Shown here: piece by piece, positions 47,728 through 57,127 of the stretch
How the letters are laid out: each line of letters begins with the position of its first letter
Position numbering within the stretch: the first letter of the stretch is position 1
Translations under genes and position numbers: made by a program
The notes under the pieces: generated by a model
What the model saw: only the letters and a program-made list of their open reading frames with translations
What the model was told of the DNA's origin: nothing
The model's database searches: none
Assembly (NCBI GenBank): GCA_964436255.1
Contig: CAYTBW010000003.1
Coordinates: forward strand, 51,019 to 115,018
Source: an uncultured Candidatus Saccharibacteria bacterium
GTDB taxonomy: Bacteria; Patescibacteriota; Saccharimonadia; CAILAD01; JADZBC01
Length of the DNA: 64,000 bases
Reading direction: 5' to 3'

Positions 47728-48978
47728 TTAGCGAGGGATGAAGGTCAAAGCCTTGCCTTTTTTGCCGGCTCGACCTGTACGACCGATTCGGTGTACGTAA
47801 TCCTGGTAAGTGTTTGGTTGGTCAAAGTTGATCACGTGACTGACGTTAGGGATGTCCAGGCCACGGGCTGCTACGTCTGTAGCTACAAGTACCTTGGCGC
47901 GATTATCTTTGAACGACTTGAGGGCACGTTGGCGTTGCGGCTGCGTTTTGTTACCGTGAATCGCTTCGGAATTATGTCCGCTACGGGTAAGGTCGTCGGC
48001 AAGTCGCTGTACACCATGTTTGGTCTCGCCGAACACGAGTACCTTCTCGAACTCTGGCTGCGAGAGCATCTCTTTGAGCACCGCGAACTTCTCATCCTTT
48101 GTGTTGGCTCGAATGACATCTTGCTCTACATGGTCGCTCGTTTCGCGAGTACGCACCGAAATAGTCACAGGGTCGCGTAGAAAGTCATGAATGAGCGTTT
48201 CGATAGCTGGCGTAATCGTTGCGCTAAAGCAAAGTGACTGACGGGCTGCCGGCATTTGCTCAACAATAAAGCGGATATCGGCGATAAAGCCCATGTCGAG
48301 CATCTGGTCTGCTTCGTCGAGCACAAGAATACTAGACTTATCAAGCTGCAATGCCCGCTGCTGTATAAGGTCTTTAAGTCGACCCGGTGTACCAATTACA
48401 ACTTGTGGTCGTCGCTTAAGGTCTTGGATTTGTCGATACATGTTCATGCCACCAACGCAGAGTGCGGTATATAGGCGCATATCGCGAGAGAACGCTCGGA
48501 ACTCGTCATTGATCTGATTGGCGAGCTCGCGAGTAGGGGCCATGATTAGCACAGCTGGCTTGTCGTGAATGTTCTTGAGTCGTTCAATAATAGGGATTAC
48601 AAAGGCAGCGGTTTTGCCTGTACCGGTATTGGCGAGCCCAATAAGGTCTTTACCTTCTAGGATTGGTGGGATCGCCCCATCTTGAATCGCTGAAGGTTGA
48701 TTGTACTTACGAGCAGCAATGTTGCGCTTCAGGTCGTCAGAAACAGCGAAGTCGTTGAAGGTGTGTACGGGTACAAAAACGTCTTCCTGGGGGATGACTG
48801 CAACTTTGTTTACAAACTTAGCTGGGTCAATGTAAGCACCCTGTTTGCCGCCACCTTTGCCATAACGACGTCCTCCGCCGCCTCCGCCGTAGCGCTTACC
48901 GCCACCACCGAAGCTTCGGGTGTTACTGTTAGTATTTCGGCCACGCGAATTTGCGGGGCGTGCATATGATTGGTTCAT
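47728..48978 (-). CDS. DEAD-box ATP-dependent RNA helicase with N-terminal Gly/Arg-rich (RGG-like) region
   Basis: Q-motif, Walker A (ANTGTGKTAAF), DEAD (LDEADQMLD), SAT, and HRIGRTGRAG. Confidence 0.9.
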   Translation of the reverse strand: MNQSYARPANSRGRNTNSNTRSFGGGGKRYGGGGGGRRYGKGGGKQGAYIDPAKFVNKVAVIPQEDVFVPVHTFNDFAVSDDLKRNIAARKYNQPSAIQDGAIPPILEGKDLIGLANTGTGKTAAFVIPIIERLKNIHDKPAVLIMAPTRELANQINDEFRAFSRDMRLYTALCVGGMNMYRQIQDLKRRPQVVIGTPGRLKDLIQQRALQLDKSSILVLDEADQMLDMGFIADIRFIVEQMPAARQSLCFSATITPAIETLIHDFLRDPVTISVRTRETSDHVEQDVIRANTKDEKFAVLKEMLSQPEFEKVLVFGETKHGVQRLADDLTRSGHNSEAIHGNKTQPQRQRALKSFKDNRAKVLVATDVAARGLDIPNVSHVINFDQPNTYQDYVHRIGRTGRAGKKGKALTFIPR

Positions 48979-49128
48979 ACGTGCCTTTCGGATTATTATT
49001 CTTGCTTGATGAACAGCGAGAATAATCTTTCCGAAGATCGGATTCTAGGCTCGGCATTCACCCATGTCATATGTGACAATCAGATAACTATAGCACATAC
49101 GCTTTAATTTGTCTAGTACCAGGTCTAG

Positions 49129-49767
49129 CTATTGTTTTTTACGACGTACTGAGCTGGCGGCTGCCTTGATCTTGTTCCTGTTTTCTACATCACGCAGGAA
49201 GTGCAGCATCGATGGGATAATTGATACGGCAACAATGATGATGACGCCAGGGATAATGTAGCGTTCCACATCCGGAATAACACTTCCTAGGAAGTAGCCT
49301 AGAGAGGTTACTCCAACGGCCCAAAGGAACGCTCCAATCAGGTTAAATACGAAGAACTTGCGGTATGTCATTTTGCCAACTCCAGCTAGAATCGGCGCAA
49401 TGGTGCGTACTACGGGAGTGAAGCGGGCGAGAATAAGGGTTTTCCCGCCATGCTTGGCATAAAACGCCTCCGAGCGTTCAATATGCTTCTTGTTCAGAAA
49501 CAAGGCGTCATCTTTTTTGAAGACTTTGTGGCCATAGCGTTTCCCTGTTATGTAGCCAGTGGTGTCGCCGGCAACAGCGGCAACGAAAGTTACTACCAAG
49601 AGTAGCGGGAAGTTGAGTACGCTTTGCGAGGCCAAGAAACCGGCAGTGAATAGTAGACTGTCGCCTGGCAGGAACATGCCCACCAAAAGCCCAGATTCGG
49701 CAAATACAGCGGCGAACACCCCGATGTAGCCAAGGCTTTTAATAAGTGCGGTTATATCAAAATCCAT
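49129..49767 (-). CDS. DedA-family membrane protein
   Basis: …VFAESGLLVGMFLPGDSLLFTAGFLA… and …LARFTPVVRTIAPILAGVGKMTYRKF…. Confidence 0.8.
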   Translation of the reverse strand: MDFDITALIKSLGYIGVFAAVFAESGLLVGMFLPGDSLLFTAGFLASQSVLNFPLLLVVTFVAAVAGDTTGYITGKRYGHKVFKKDDALFLNKKHIERSEAFYAKHGGKTLILARFTPVVRTIAPILAGVGKMTYRKFFVFNLIGAFLWAVGVTSLGYFLGSVIPDVERYIIPGVIIIVAVSIIPSMLHFLRDVENRNKIKAAASSVRRKKQ

Positions 49768-49862
49768 TAGACATAGTATACATGGTTATGTTCACAACGA
49801 GAATCGCCACCTCCAGGCGATTGTTGTCTCGCGCCAGAAGTGGCGAATAGTACCAGAACATG

Positions 49863-50489
49863 TTAGACGGAGTAAGGCTCGGTGATGGGCTGTGGACGCC
49901 CAAGCTTGTTGCGCCAGCGAGCACCACGACCTCCCTGCATGAGCAGCAGGCTGAGCCCGTTCCGCGTCCAGGTGCCGTAGATCGAGCTGATGCTGTCGCT
50001 GACCTGCTCCGAGGTGTTCACCCTTTCTGGATGCAGGATGACGCCTACGATCTTCTCGACGGCCTCGATCCAGCTCCAGAGGGGCTGGGTGATCAGGTAT
50101 GCCCATCCATCAGGGACGAACCCTTCTTCGGCGAACATCTTCCCCTCGATCGGGATCTTGGTCGCGTCAGAGGCGATTTCAACAACCTTGATGGCCCAGG
50201 CGACCGTGGCCGTCTGGGGTAGGCGTCGCTGGATGGAAGGAGCCAGCTTGTGACCGAGTCCAGGCAGCCACTTTGGCATCATGCCGACGCCGATGAAGTC
50301 TTGCCCGACCGTCCAGAACATGGCCTGGCCTATCAGGGAGAACCCAACATCGGCTGTTGTGGCAGCCGGCTGCTCGCGCCAGCGCCTCAGCCCGAGACGA
50401 AGGTTACGGGTTGCTTGTTTGTGAACGAGCGGCCAGGCGGCCAACACGGCGGCCGATGCCACAATCTTTCGGTTTTTGCTGGGGGCCAT
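49863..50489 (-). CDS. Hypothetical protein, 208 aa, encoded by a ~60% GC island with native-looking AT-rich promoter and SD (aaggagg)
   Basis: Sharp GC shift across 49.80-50.50 kb. The only long frame is on the minus strand; the plus-strand ORFs in the same block are rejected as GC-driven artefacts. Confidence 0.45.
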   Translation of the reverse strand: MAPSKNRKIVASAAVLAAWPLVHKQATRNLRLGLRRWREQPAATTADVGFSLIGQAMFWTVGQDFIGVGMMPKWLPGLGHKLAPSIQRRLPQTATVAWAIKVVEIASDATKIPIEGKMFAEEGFVPDGWAYLITQPLWSWIEAVEKIVGVILHPERVNTSEQVSDSISSIYGTWTRNGLSLLLMQGGRGARWRNKLGRPQPITEPYSV

Positions 50490-50625
50490 GGCCCCTCCTT
50501 AATTTTGGGGATAGAACCTGCATATAATAGTACTTTTTTGAGATAAAGTCAATATCGTAACTTACGATAAATACCTACGCCCCGGGTTGACCGGGGCGTA
50601 GAAAGTATTGGCGAATTGTCTTGGC

Positions 50626-51144
50626 TTATTCGTTCCGCTGGGAGTCGTTGTAGCGCATCATCTTGCCCATACCACCACCTGGTCCGTGTCCTTCACGCTC
50701 GCCACGGGCTGGCCGAATGGCGCTTAGGTCAATGCCGTTATCTTTGGCCCATTGTTCCATTTCACTTTTGATAGCTTCGTGAGCCGCCTTGCGTTTGGCT
50801 GGATCGGTTTCGTTGTGGGCCGCCTCTCGCTTTGTTTCCATGGCTTCATGCTTTGCCTTCAGCTTATCGGCTTGCTCTTGGGTAAGCTTGCCGTCCTTGA
50901 CCAGCTCGGCTAGGCGCTGCTGCTGGCGCTCTTCGTGGCTTTGCTTCCGCTGGTCTTTCATTACCTGCTGCACTTCGGTCTTATTAAGTTTGAACTTGTT
51001 TGCGATCGCGTCGGCCATGTTGTCCTGGCCGCCAGAATGAGCTGAAGCCATACCGCTTGTGGTCATGACCCCAACCGTGGCGACACCGAGTAAGCCGCTG
51101 GCAAGCATGGCGCGCTTAGTGGTTTTTTTAAGATGTTTTCTCAT
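50626..51144 (-). CDS. Secreted LTXXQ-motif (CpxP/Spy-like) periplasmic stress protein
   Basis: Signal peptide, charged helical repeats, …GKLTQEQADKLKAKHEAM…. Confidence 0.5.
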   Translation of the reverse strand: MRKHLKKTTKRAMLASGLLGVATVGVMTTSGMASAHSGGQDNMADAIANKFKLNKTEVQQVMKDQRKQSHEERQQQRLAELVKDGKLTQEQADKLKAKHEAMETKREAAHNETDPAKRKAAHEAIKSEMEQWAKDNGIDLSAIRPARGEREGHGPGGGMGKMMRYNDSQRNE

Positions 51145-51321
51145 TGTATTAAACTCCTCGTGTTACGTTGGTAGGGGTGTGCTGGCGTCTTGGGCTGGAT
51201 AGTTCAAGACTCGCGCAGTCATGTTTTACACCACGTAGGCAATTTTGCCACTGCATTCTGAATGCGGACTGAAGGTATTGGCTCAGCGAATATTCAGCTC
51301 CAAGGGAGTATACTTAATTGT

Positions 51322-51999
51322 ATGAAGATACTGATTACTGAGGATGAAGTGAAGTTGGCGCAGGCACTAAAGCGAGGCCTGGAGCAGGAGGGCTGGGCGG
51401 TTGATGTTGCATTTGACGCCGAAGAAAGCCGTGCCTGCATTCAGGCAGGGGAATACGATGCTATTGTGCTTGACAGGATGTTGCCTGGTGACGAGGACGG
51501 CCTCGATATCTGCAAGGTAACCAGGAACGGCGAGGGACCAAACAGGCAGACACCAATACTAATGCTAACCGCCCGGGGCGAGGTAGTTGATCGAGTTCAG
51601 GGGCTTAATAGTGGGGCCGATGATTACTTAATTAAGCCGTTTGCTTTCGATGAGCTATTGGCTCGACTAAACGCCTTAGTGCGTCGACCCGCCGGTGTAC
51701 TTCAGGAACGATTGCGACTAGGGAAGGTCACCATTGAGCCAGCAAAGAAGCTCGTGGAGCTAAATGATAAGCCTATCAAGCTCAGTCGAAAAGAGTATGG
51801 CCTCCTCGAGTACCTAGCCTTCAACGGCGGGCAGACATTGAGCAAGAACCAGATTATCGAACACGTTTGGGATTTTGATGCCGACGTGCTGGACAATACC
51901 GTCGAAGTTTTTGTTAGAAACCTGCGCAAGAAGCTAGGAGAAGATATTATTCAGACGGTTCGTGGCTTCGGTTATCGAATAGGCGAAGTTGTGGAATGA
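51322..51999 (+). CDS. OmpR-family response regulator. The start is taken at the ATG at 51322; the ORF-track start at 51262 is upstream.
   Basis: Receiver domain (MKILITEDE…D…LMLTARG) plus winged-helix DNA-binding domain. Confidence 0.85.
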   Translation: MKILITEDEVKLAQALKRGLEQEGWAVDVAFDAEESRACIQAGEYDAIVLDRMLPGDEDGLDICKVTRNGEGPNRQTPILMLTARGEVVDRVQGLNSGADDYLIKPFAFDELLARLNALVRRPAGVLQERLRLGKVTIEPAKKLVELNDKPIKLSRKEYGLLEYLAFNGGQTLSKNQIIEHVWDFDADVLDNTVEVFVRNLRKKLGEDIIQTVRGFGYRIGEVVE

Positions 52000-53000
52000 A
52001 CAGGATGTTTGAATCTGCGGTTATTAAGCTAACGCTGTGGTACATTGGTGTTCTCATGCTTGTTTCCCTTGCCTTTAGCCTGCCCGTGTTCATCATTACA
52101 TCTGATCGACTTGAGCGCAGCGCCGTTATGCAGATGGAAATCTTGCGCGACAGCCCCCGTTTAAGAGGCGGCTTTGGTTCTACCGAGGTGCTAGAATCGC
52201 GTCGCGAGGCGCAACTAGAACTAGACCGCCAACAACTTTTGAATAATATCATTCTGGAAAACATACTCATTTTAGTTGCGGGTACAATCGCGAGTTACCT
52301 ATTTGCCCGTCGCACTCTGCGTCCTATCGAGGAGTCGCATGCTGCGCAGAGTCGCTTTACTGCTAATGCTAGCCATCAGCTGCGCACCCCGCTTGCTACC
52401 ATGCAGGCCGAAATTGACGTTGCGCTTAGAGATAAAAAGCTATCTGCTGCGGCCGCCCGCGAGGTATTGGAAAGTAACCTTGAGGAGATTGCGCGGCTCA
52501 GGAAGCTGAGTGATCAACTGCTGACTCTGACGCACAGTAGCGGTGATGACGTAGGGGGAGGCTTCGACACTTCTAAAATGCTCGGGGACTTCGTAGCAAA
52601 GTATAAGAAGGACTACAAGTTACAGTACCAGCCCCAAAAAGGCGCGGAAAAGGTCTGTGCTAAAGGGGATGCTGTGCTTGTAGGCGAGGTGCTCAGGGTG
52701 TTGTGCGATAATGCCAGGCAGTATAGCGGCGGTAAGCCAGTGAAGATATCTTTGGTTCGAGGCCGAAGTTCCGTCCGCATTTATGTTGAAGATAAGGGTC
52801 CTGGCATGACCTCTGGTGAGCAGGAGCATATATTCGATCGATTTTATCGCGGCAAGGATGCGACAAGGTCGAATCCATCTGGGCACGGGCTTGGTCTGGC
52901 GTTGGCTCGAGAGATTATTGAGCGCTTTGATGGCTCGATTAGCGTGAAAAGTAGCGTCGGAAAGGGTTCTTGCTTTGCCGTCACGCTTCCTAGGGCCTAG
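51996..53000 (+). CDS. Sensor histidine kinase (2 TM, HisKA, HATPase_c), overlapping the regulator gene
   Basis: …ASHQLRTPLATMQAEIDVAL… and …GHGLGLALAREIIERFDGSISVKSSVGKGSCF…. Confidence 0.85.
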   Translation: MNRMFESAVIKLTLWYIGVLMLVSLAFSLPVFIITSDRLERSAVMQMEILRDSPRLRGGFGSTEVLESRREAQLELDRQQLLNNIILENILILVAGTIASYLFARRTLRPIEESHAAQSRFTANASHQLRTPLATMQAEIDVALRDKKLSAAAAREVLESNLEEIARLRKLSDQLLTLTHSSGDDVGGGFDTSKMLGDFVAKYKKDYKLQYQPQKGAEKVCAKGDAVLVGEVLRVLCDNARQYSGGKPVKISLVRGRSSVRIYVEDKGPGMTSGEQEHIFDRFYRGKDATRSNPSGHGLGLALAREIIERFDGSISVKSSVGKGSCFAVTLPRA

Positions 53001-54211
53001 AGCAGGAATTGTCTAAGTTCGTAGAGAATAACAAGGCTGCTGCAGAGGGCGCCAAAGTAGGGGACGACGGTAGGTACGGTTATGAGCCCCTTGTGGGAGG
53101 GGTGTCTACGCTTTATAAGTATAAGCGATACGTTCACGAGTGCGAAGATTGCTAGTACGATGAGGCTTGTTAGCTTTGCTAGCGATACGAGAGGCAAGGA
53201 GACTACCGCGATCATCATAATCCCAACAACTAGTGCCGTAGCGGCTACTGGCGTCCTTGTCGTTTTATTCACCTCTGAAAGGTGCTTATCGAGCCAGCCT
53301 TGGCGTGAGAGGCCATAGAGCACTCGGGAGCCCATAATTATCTGCACAATCACACCGTTAATCGCAGCCGAAATACCAATTATTGTCAAAAAGATTGCGT
53401 TACCGCCAGTAGTACGTGAATATACAAGCGAAAGCGGTGCGGCGCTCTTAGCTAGTTCTTCGGGGCTTACCGCAGTTATTGCTACGGCAGCCACAAGTAG
53501 GTAAAGAACGGTTGAGGCGATCAGCGCAAACAATATGGCTAGCGGCATCGTTCGTTGTGGGTTCTTCGTTTCTTCCGCTACGTTGACCATATCTTCAAAG
53601 CCAATGAAGGCGTAGAAAGCCAGGAAAGCCCCACCGATTATTCCGCTTAGACCAACCGCAGGATCCACCGTTAGAAGTTTGCTTGGATCGATTGCGCCAA
53701 GTGATTCCTTACCCGCATAGATTACGAGCATTAAGCCGGCAATCTCTATGAAGGTAAAAACGCCGGCCATGATTGCCGACTCACCGATGCCTTTGGCGGC
53801 AATAAGTCCCAGCACTATGAGTAGACCTAGGCTGGCTAATACTTCGGGTGCAGGTATGAGCGCGTTCAGATATCCCGAAAACCCTTTGGCCAGAGTCGCA
53901 GCCGAAGTAATTCCGCCGGCAACCATTGCCAGCCCAATACCAACAGAGAGCCAACGTTTGCCAAATGCTTTATGCAGATATACTGATACAGATGCGCTGG
54001 CGGGGTAGCGGCCAGATAGCTCCATGTAGGAAAATGCCGTAAGCCCAGCAATAATCATCGCCACCATGAACGCAAGTAGGGTAGAGTAACCAGCTTCACC
54101 CGCGACTTTACCGACCAGTACATAAATGCCAGCCCCGAGGATATTGCCAAGTCCATAAAGCGTGACAAGAGGCAGGCCTAGACTGCGATTCAGACTCTTC
54201 GATTTCGTCAT
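52997..54211 (-). CDS. APC-superfamily amino-acid permease
   Basis: 404 aa, 12 TM, APC-like N-terminal glycine-rich helices. Confidence 0.7.
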   Translation of the reverse strand: MTKSKSLNRSLGLPLVTLYGLGNILGAGIYVLVGKVAGEAGYSTLLAFMVAMIIAGLTAFSYMELSGRYPASASVSVYLHKAFGKRWLSVGIGLAMVAGGITSAATLAKGFSGYLNALIPAPEVLASLGLLIVLGLIAAKGIGESAIMAGVFTFIEIAGLMLVIYAGKESLGAIDPSKLLTVDPAVGLSGIIGGAFLAFYAFIGFEDMVNVAEETKNPQRTMPLAILFALIASTVLYLLVAAVAITAVSPEELAKSAAPLSLVYSRTTGGNAIFLTIIGISAAINGVIVQIIMGSRVLYGLSRQGWLDKHLSEVNKTTRTPVAATALVVGIMMIAVVSLPLVSLAKLTSLIVLAIFALVNVSLILIKRRHPSHKGLITVPTVVPYFGALCSSLVILYELRQFLL

Positions 54212-54255
54212 GGCTTCATTCTAACATAAGCACATTGACAGCGGGTTAGCCCGTC

Positions 54256-54891
54256 TTACGAGTCCAGAGCCTTGCGTTTGCGGTAGAACCAAATGAGCCC
54301 AACCGCGGCGAGGACAAGGAGGATGATTTTGCCGTAGGTTTCGTAGCTTGAGAGTTGATTGGTTACATCGCTAATGGTTCCTGTTGCCGTATAGCCTAAG
54401 TAAAGGAAGAAGAGGCTCCGTACAAACATGCCAGCAGCGCTCGCTAGTAAGTAGGACTTTACTTGGAGCTTTAGAATTCCTGCTACGATCGAAACGGGCG
54501 CAGATGGAATGAGCGGAGTGGCTCGAAGTAGGAAAATTGCTACTTCATCGCTTGAGCTCTTTTCGAGTTTTTTACCAATTGCCTCGATGTTCTTATGGCT
54601 CAAGCCGAAGACCCTACCAAACTTGCCGGTTATTAGGTCCTCGAGCTTGTCTGCAAGCACATAAAATACGTAGCTCCCAGCCGTTTTTGCGACAGCTGCA
54701 ATCGCCGCGAGCATGACCAGATAGAGTAAGTTGGAATTTTGAGCCTTCGCAAGAGATCCCGCGAGGGTAAGTACGAAAGGGGACGGGATGAAAGAAATCA
54801 GCTCCTCGGTAAGTGATCCAATGAGCACAAATATAGGGAGAGGTAGGGATTGAGCAGTTTGTTCGAGTAGGTTAAGGAAAGATTCAATCAT
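54256..54891 (-). CDS. DedA/TVP38-family membrane protein (second paralog)
   Basis: …LRATPLIPSAPVSIVAGILKLQ… re-entrant-loop-like region. Confidence 0.55.
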   Translation of the reverse strand: MIESFLNLLEQTAQSLPLPIFVLIGSLTEELISFIPSPFVLTLAGSLAKAQNSNLLYLVMLAAIAAVAKTAGSYVFYVLADKLEDLITGKFGRVFGLSHKNIEAIGKKLEKSSSDEVAIFLLRATPLIPSAPVSIVAGILKLQVKSYLLASAAGMFVRSLFFLYLGYTATGTISDVTNQLSSYETYGKIILLVLAAVGLIWFYRKRKALDS

Positions 54892-54916
54892 AGTCTAGAT
54901 AATAATCGCATAGTGT

Positions 54917-55444
54917 TTATGCTCTTTCAATGCCGCGCCTGGTCAGTGTGGCTTTACGCCTGATACGCTTAACGTAAGCCCGGTGTAGTGGCCCCATGGG
55001 GCGAGCAAACGGCAGCACCAAGATAGTAGTGAGGCCTGCTCGATTTGCTCCGACTATGTCGTTGAGAATCCTGTCTCCTGCCATGACGACATGATTGGGC
55101 GTGGTTTGGGCGGCCTGCACTACCATACTGTAGTAGGACTTCTGCGGTTTGAACTTGAACCTCGTAGGCCGGACTATTTTGCCTTGCAACTGGTTGATAA
55201 TGTTATCGATGTTGCGGGGTGTATTGCTGCCAATCAGTATACCAATGCCATGTTCTTCAAGGCTTTGAAGGTGCGCAAGGTATTTGGGGGACAATGTGTC
55301 GTCACCCCGGCGCACGAGTGTATCATCCACGTCAAAAGCAATATGGGTAATACCGTTGCGCTTAAGTTTATCGACAGTAATCTCTAAGACGGAGCTAGCA
55401 ACATAGTCGGGGTATAGATTCGAGGTTTGGTTTGTTTTAAGCAT
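54917..55444 (-). CDS. HAD-superfamily phosphatase (YqeG-like, subfamily IIIA)
   Basis: …ITHIAFDVDDTLV… DxDxT motif I and downstream motifs. Confidence 0.7.
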   Translation of the reverse strand: MLKTNQTSNLYPDYVASSVLEITVDKLKRNGITHIAFDVDDTLVRRGDDTLSPKYLAHLQSLEEHGIGILIGSNTPRNIDNIINQLQGKIVRPTRFKFKPQKSYYSMVVQAAQTTPNHVVMAGDRILNDIVGANRAGLTTILVLPFARPMGPLHRAYVKRIRRKATLTRRGIERA

Positions 55445-55492
55445 GAAATAATTGTATTACTGGCCTATACTATATATGAAAGGTAGGTATGT

Positions 55493-56839
55493 ATGAAGCT
55501 TGAACTACGTTGGAGGATCTTGGCGCTTTTAGCATTAATGGGATATGGGGCTATTGCTGTCGCGTTATTGCTGCTCGTCCTTCGGAGCCCAGTCCTTCTT
55601 GCGCTGTGGGCTCTCACCACGCTGGGAGTGTTGTATGGTGCGTGGCTGGTATTTAGCGGAGAGGGTCGACGCCATAAGCGCGGTGTCGTGTTGCTCGTAG
55701 TGCTTGCGATCTTATGGGGGACCGAACTTGTCCTAATTGCTCGTGAGCCAGGTAATATTCGGACGATTGTTGGCATTTGCGTTGTATCTGCTTTCTATAC
55801 TCTTATTGTCGGTATTCTGCGCAAGCAATATTGGGAGTCTGTAAGGCGTAACAACACGATGACAAAACCGACCGCTAGCTTCAAGAAGCCATATCTTGTA
55901 ATTAACCCAAAGTCCGGAGGGGGTCGGGCTACCAAATCCCGTTTAGCAGATCACGCCCGCAAGCTTGGTATTACCACGATTGTTCTGAATAAAGGTGATG
56001 ATGTTGAGGCTCTCGCTCGAAAGGCAGCCAGTGAGGGTGCTGATGTATTAGGTGTTTCGGGGGGCGATGGCAGTATAGGAGCTGTTGCCAAGGTCGCCAT
56101 CGAACGCGATTTGCCCATAGTGGTTCTGGCAGGGGGTACACGCTGTCATTTTGCGCGTGATTTAGGCTTGAACCCCAAGGAGATTAACGACGGCCTCGCG
56201 GGTTTCAGCGGCGTGGAGCGCCGGGTTGATGTGGGCGAAATCAATGGTCGAATCTTTTTGAACAATGCTTCGTTCGGTATGTATGCGGACATTGTAGATA
56301 GCCCAGACTATCGTGACAACAAGCTTGCAGTTAGCCGTGCAGTTCTCAAAGACTTGGCTTCGGGCAAAAAACCAGGCTACAAGTTGTCGTTCGCTCATAA
56401 TGGCACTAAGTACACCAATGCAGTGCAGATTCTTGTGGGTGTTAACCAGTACAAAACCATCAGCTTGCTAGACCTTGGAGAGCGTGACCAGCTAGACGAG
56501 GGGGTGCTACAGATAACGGTGATTACCAAGTTGACGGACGAGCTGGTTAAGCAGCTATTGAAGGTATTTAGTATAGACTTCAGCGGTGGCGTTGATAGGG
56601 CTGACGGCGTAGAGCAGTGGAATGCGAAGGAATTCAAGGTCACCGACGGCAGCAAGCTGGTAGTCGGCGTTGACGGCGAGCGAGAAGAATATTCCTCCCC
56701 AGTAGTCATTCAGGTTAAGCCGAAGGCACTACGCATTTATGTTCCAGCAGAAGGTAAGCGCAGCAGGCCCAAGAAGGCAGCATCACTCGGCTTGGTACGA
56801 CGGTTGTGGCAAGCAGTTATGGGCGCAGAAGTTCGTTAG
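55493..56839 (+). CDS. Membrane-anchored diacylglycerol/lipid kinase catalytic-domain protein (DAGK_cat/YegS-like)
   Basis: 4 N-terminal TM, then …YLVINPKSGGGRA… and …GVSGGDGSIGAVAK… in the NAD-kinase/DAGK fold. Confidence 0.65.
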   Translation: MKLELRWRILALLALMGYGAIAVALLLLVLRSPVLLALWALTTLGVLYGAWLVFSGEGRRHKRGVVLLVVLAILWGTELVLIAREPGNIRTIVGICVVSAFYTLIVGILRKQYWESVRRNNTMTKPTASFKKPYLVINPKSGGGRATKSRLADHARKLGITTIVLNKGDDVEALARKAASEGADVLGVSGGDGSIGAVAKVAIERDLPIVVLAGGTRCHFARDLGLNPKEINDGLAGFSGVERRVDVGEINGRIFLNNASFGMYADIVDSPDYRDNKLAVSRAVLKDLASGKKPGYKLSFAHNGTKYTNAVQILVGVNQYKTISLLDLGERDQLDEGVLQITVITKLTDELVKQLLKVFSIDFSGGVDRADGVEQWNAKEFKVTDGSKLVVGVDGEREEYSSPVVIQVKPKALRIYVPAEGKRSRPKKAASLGLVRRLWQAVMGAEVR

Positions 56840-56923
56840 TTGTTTTCAGCTTCTCATCAGCTTGCACGAATAGTATGGAGTAAGCAAGGGGGTTGTTATA
56901 ACACTGACTGAAAGGGGGAGAAT

Positions 56924-57127
56924 ATGGATATCTTTAGTAGCTTGGCGGACTTAGGCCAAGGGGCAAGCGAGGTTGTACAAGGAGGGGTTGAGCAAGCGGG
57001 CGACGTGCTCGATCCTGCGCAGTTAGGGGACATGGCATCAAGTGCAACCGAGGGCGTGACCCGAGGTGCAGAAGACCTGATGGGCTCAGCCCAGGACGCG
57101 CTCGATAGTTTTAATCCGTTCGGCTAA
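56924..57127 (+). CDS. Small acidic Gly/Ala-rich hypothetical protein, 67 aa
   Basis: Strong SD (aaggggga) 7 nt upstream. No motif. Confidence 0.35.
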   Translation: MDIFSSLADLGQGASEVVQGGVEQAGDVLDPAQLGDMASSATEGVTRGAEDLMGSAQDALDSFNPFG

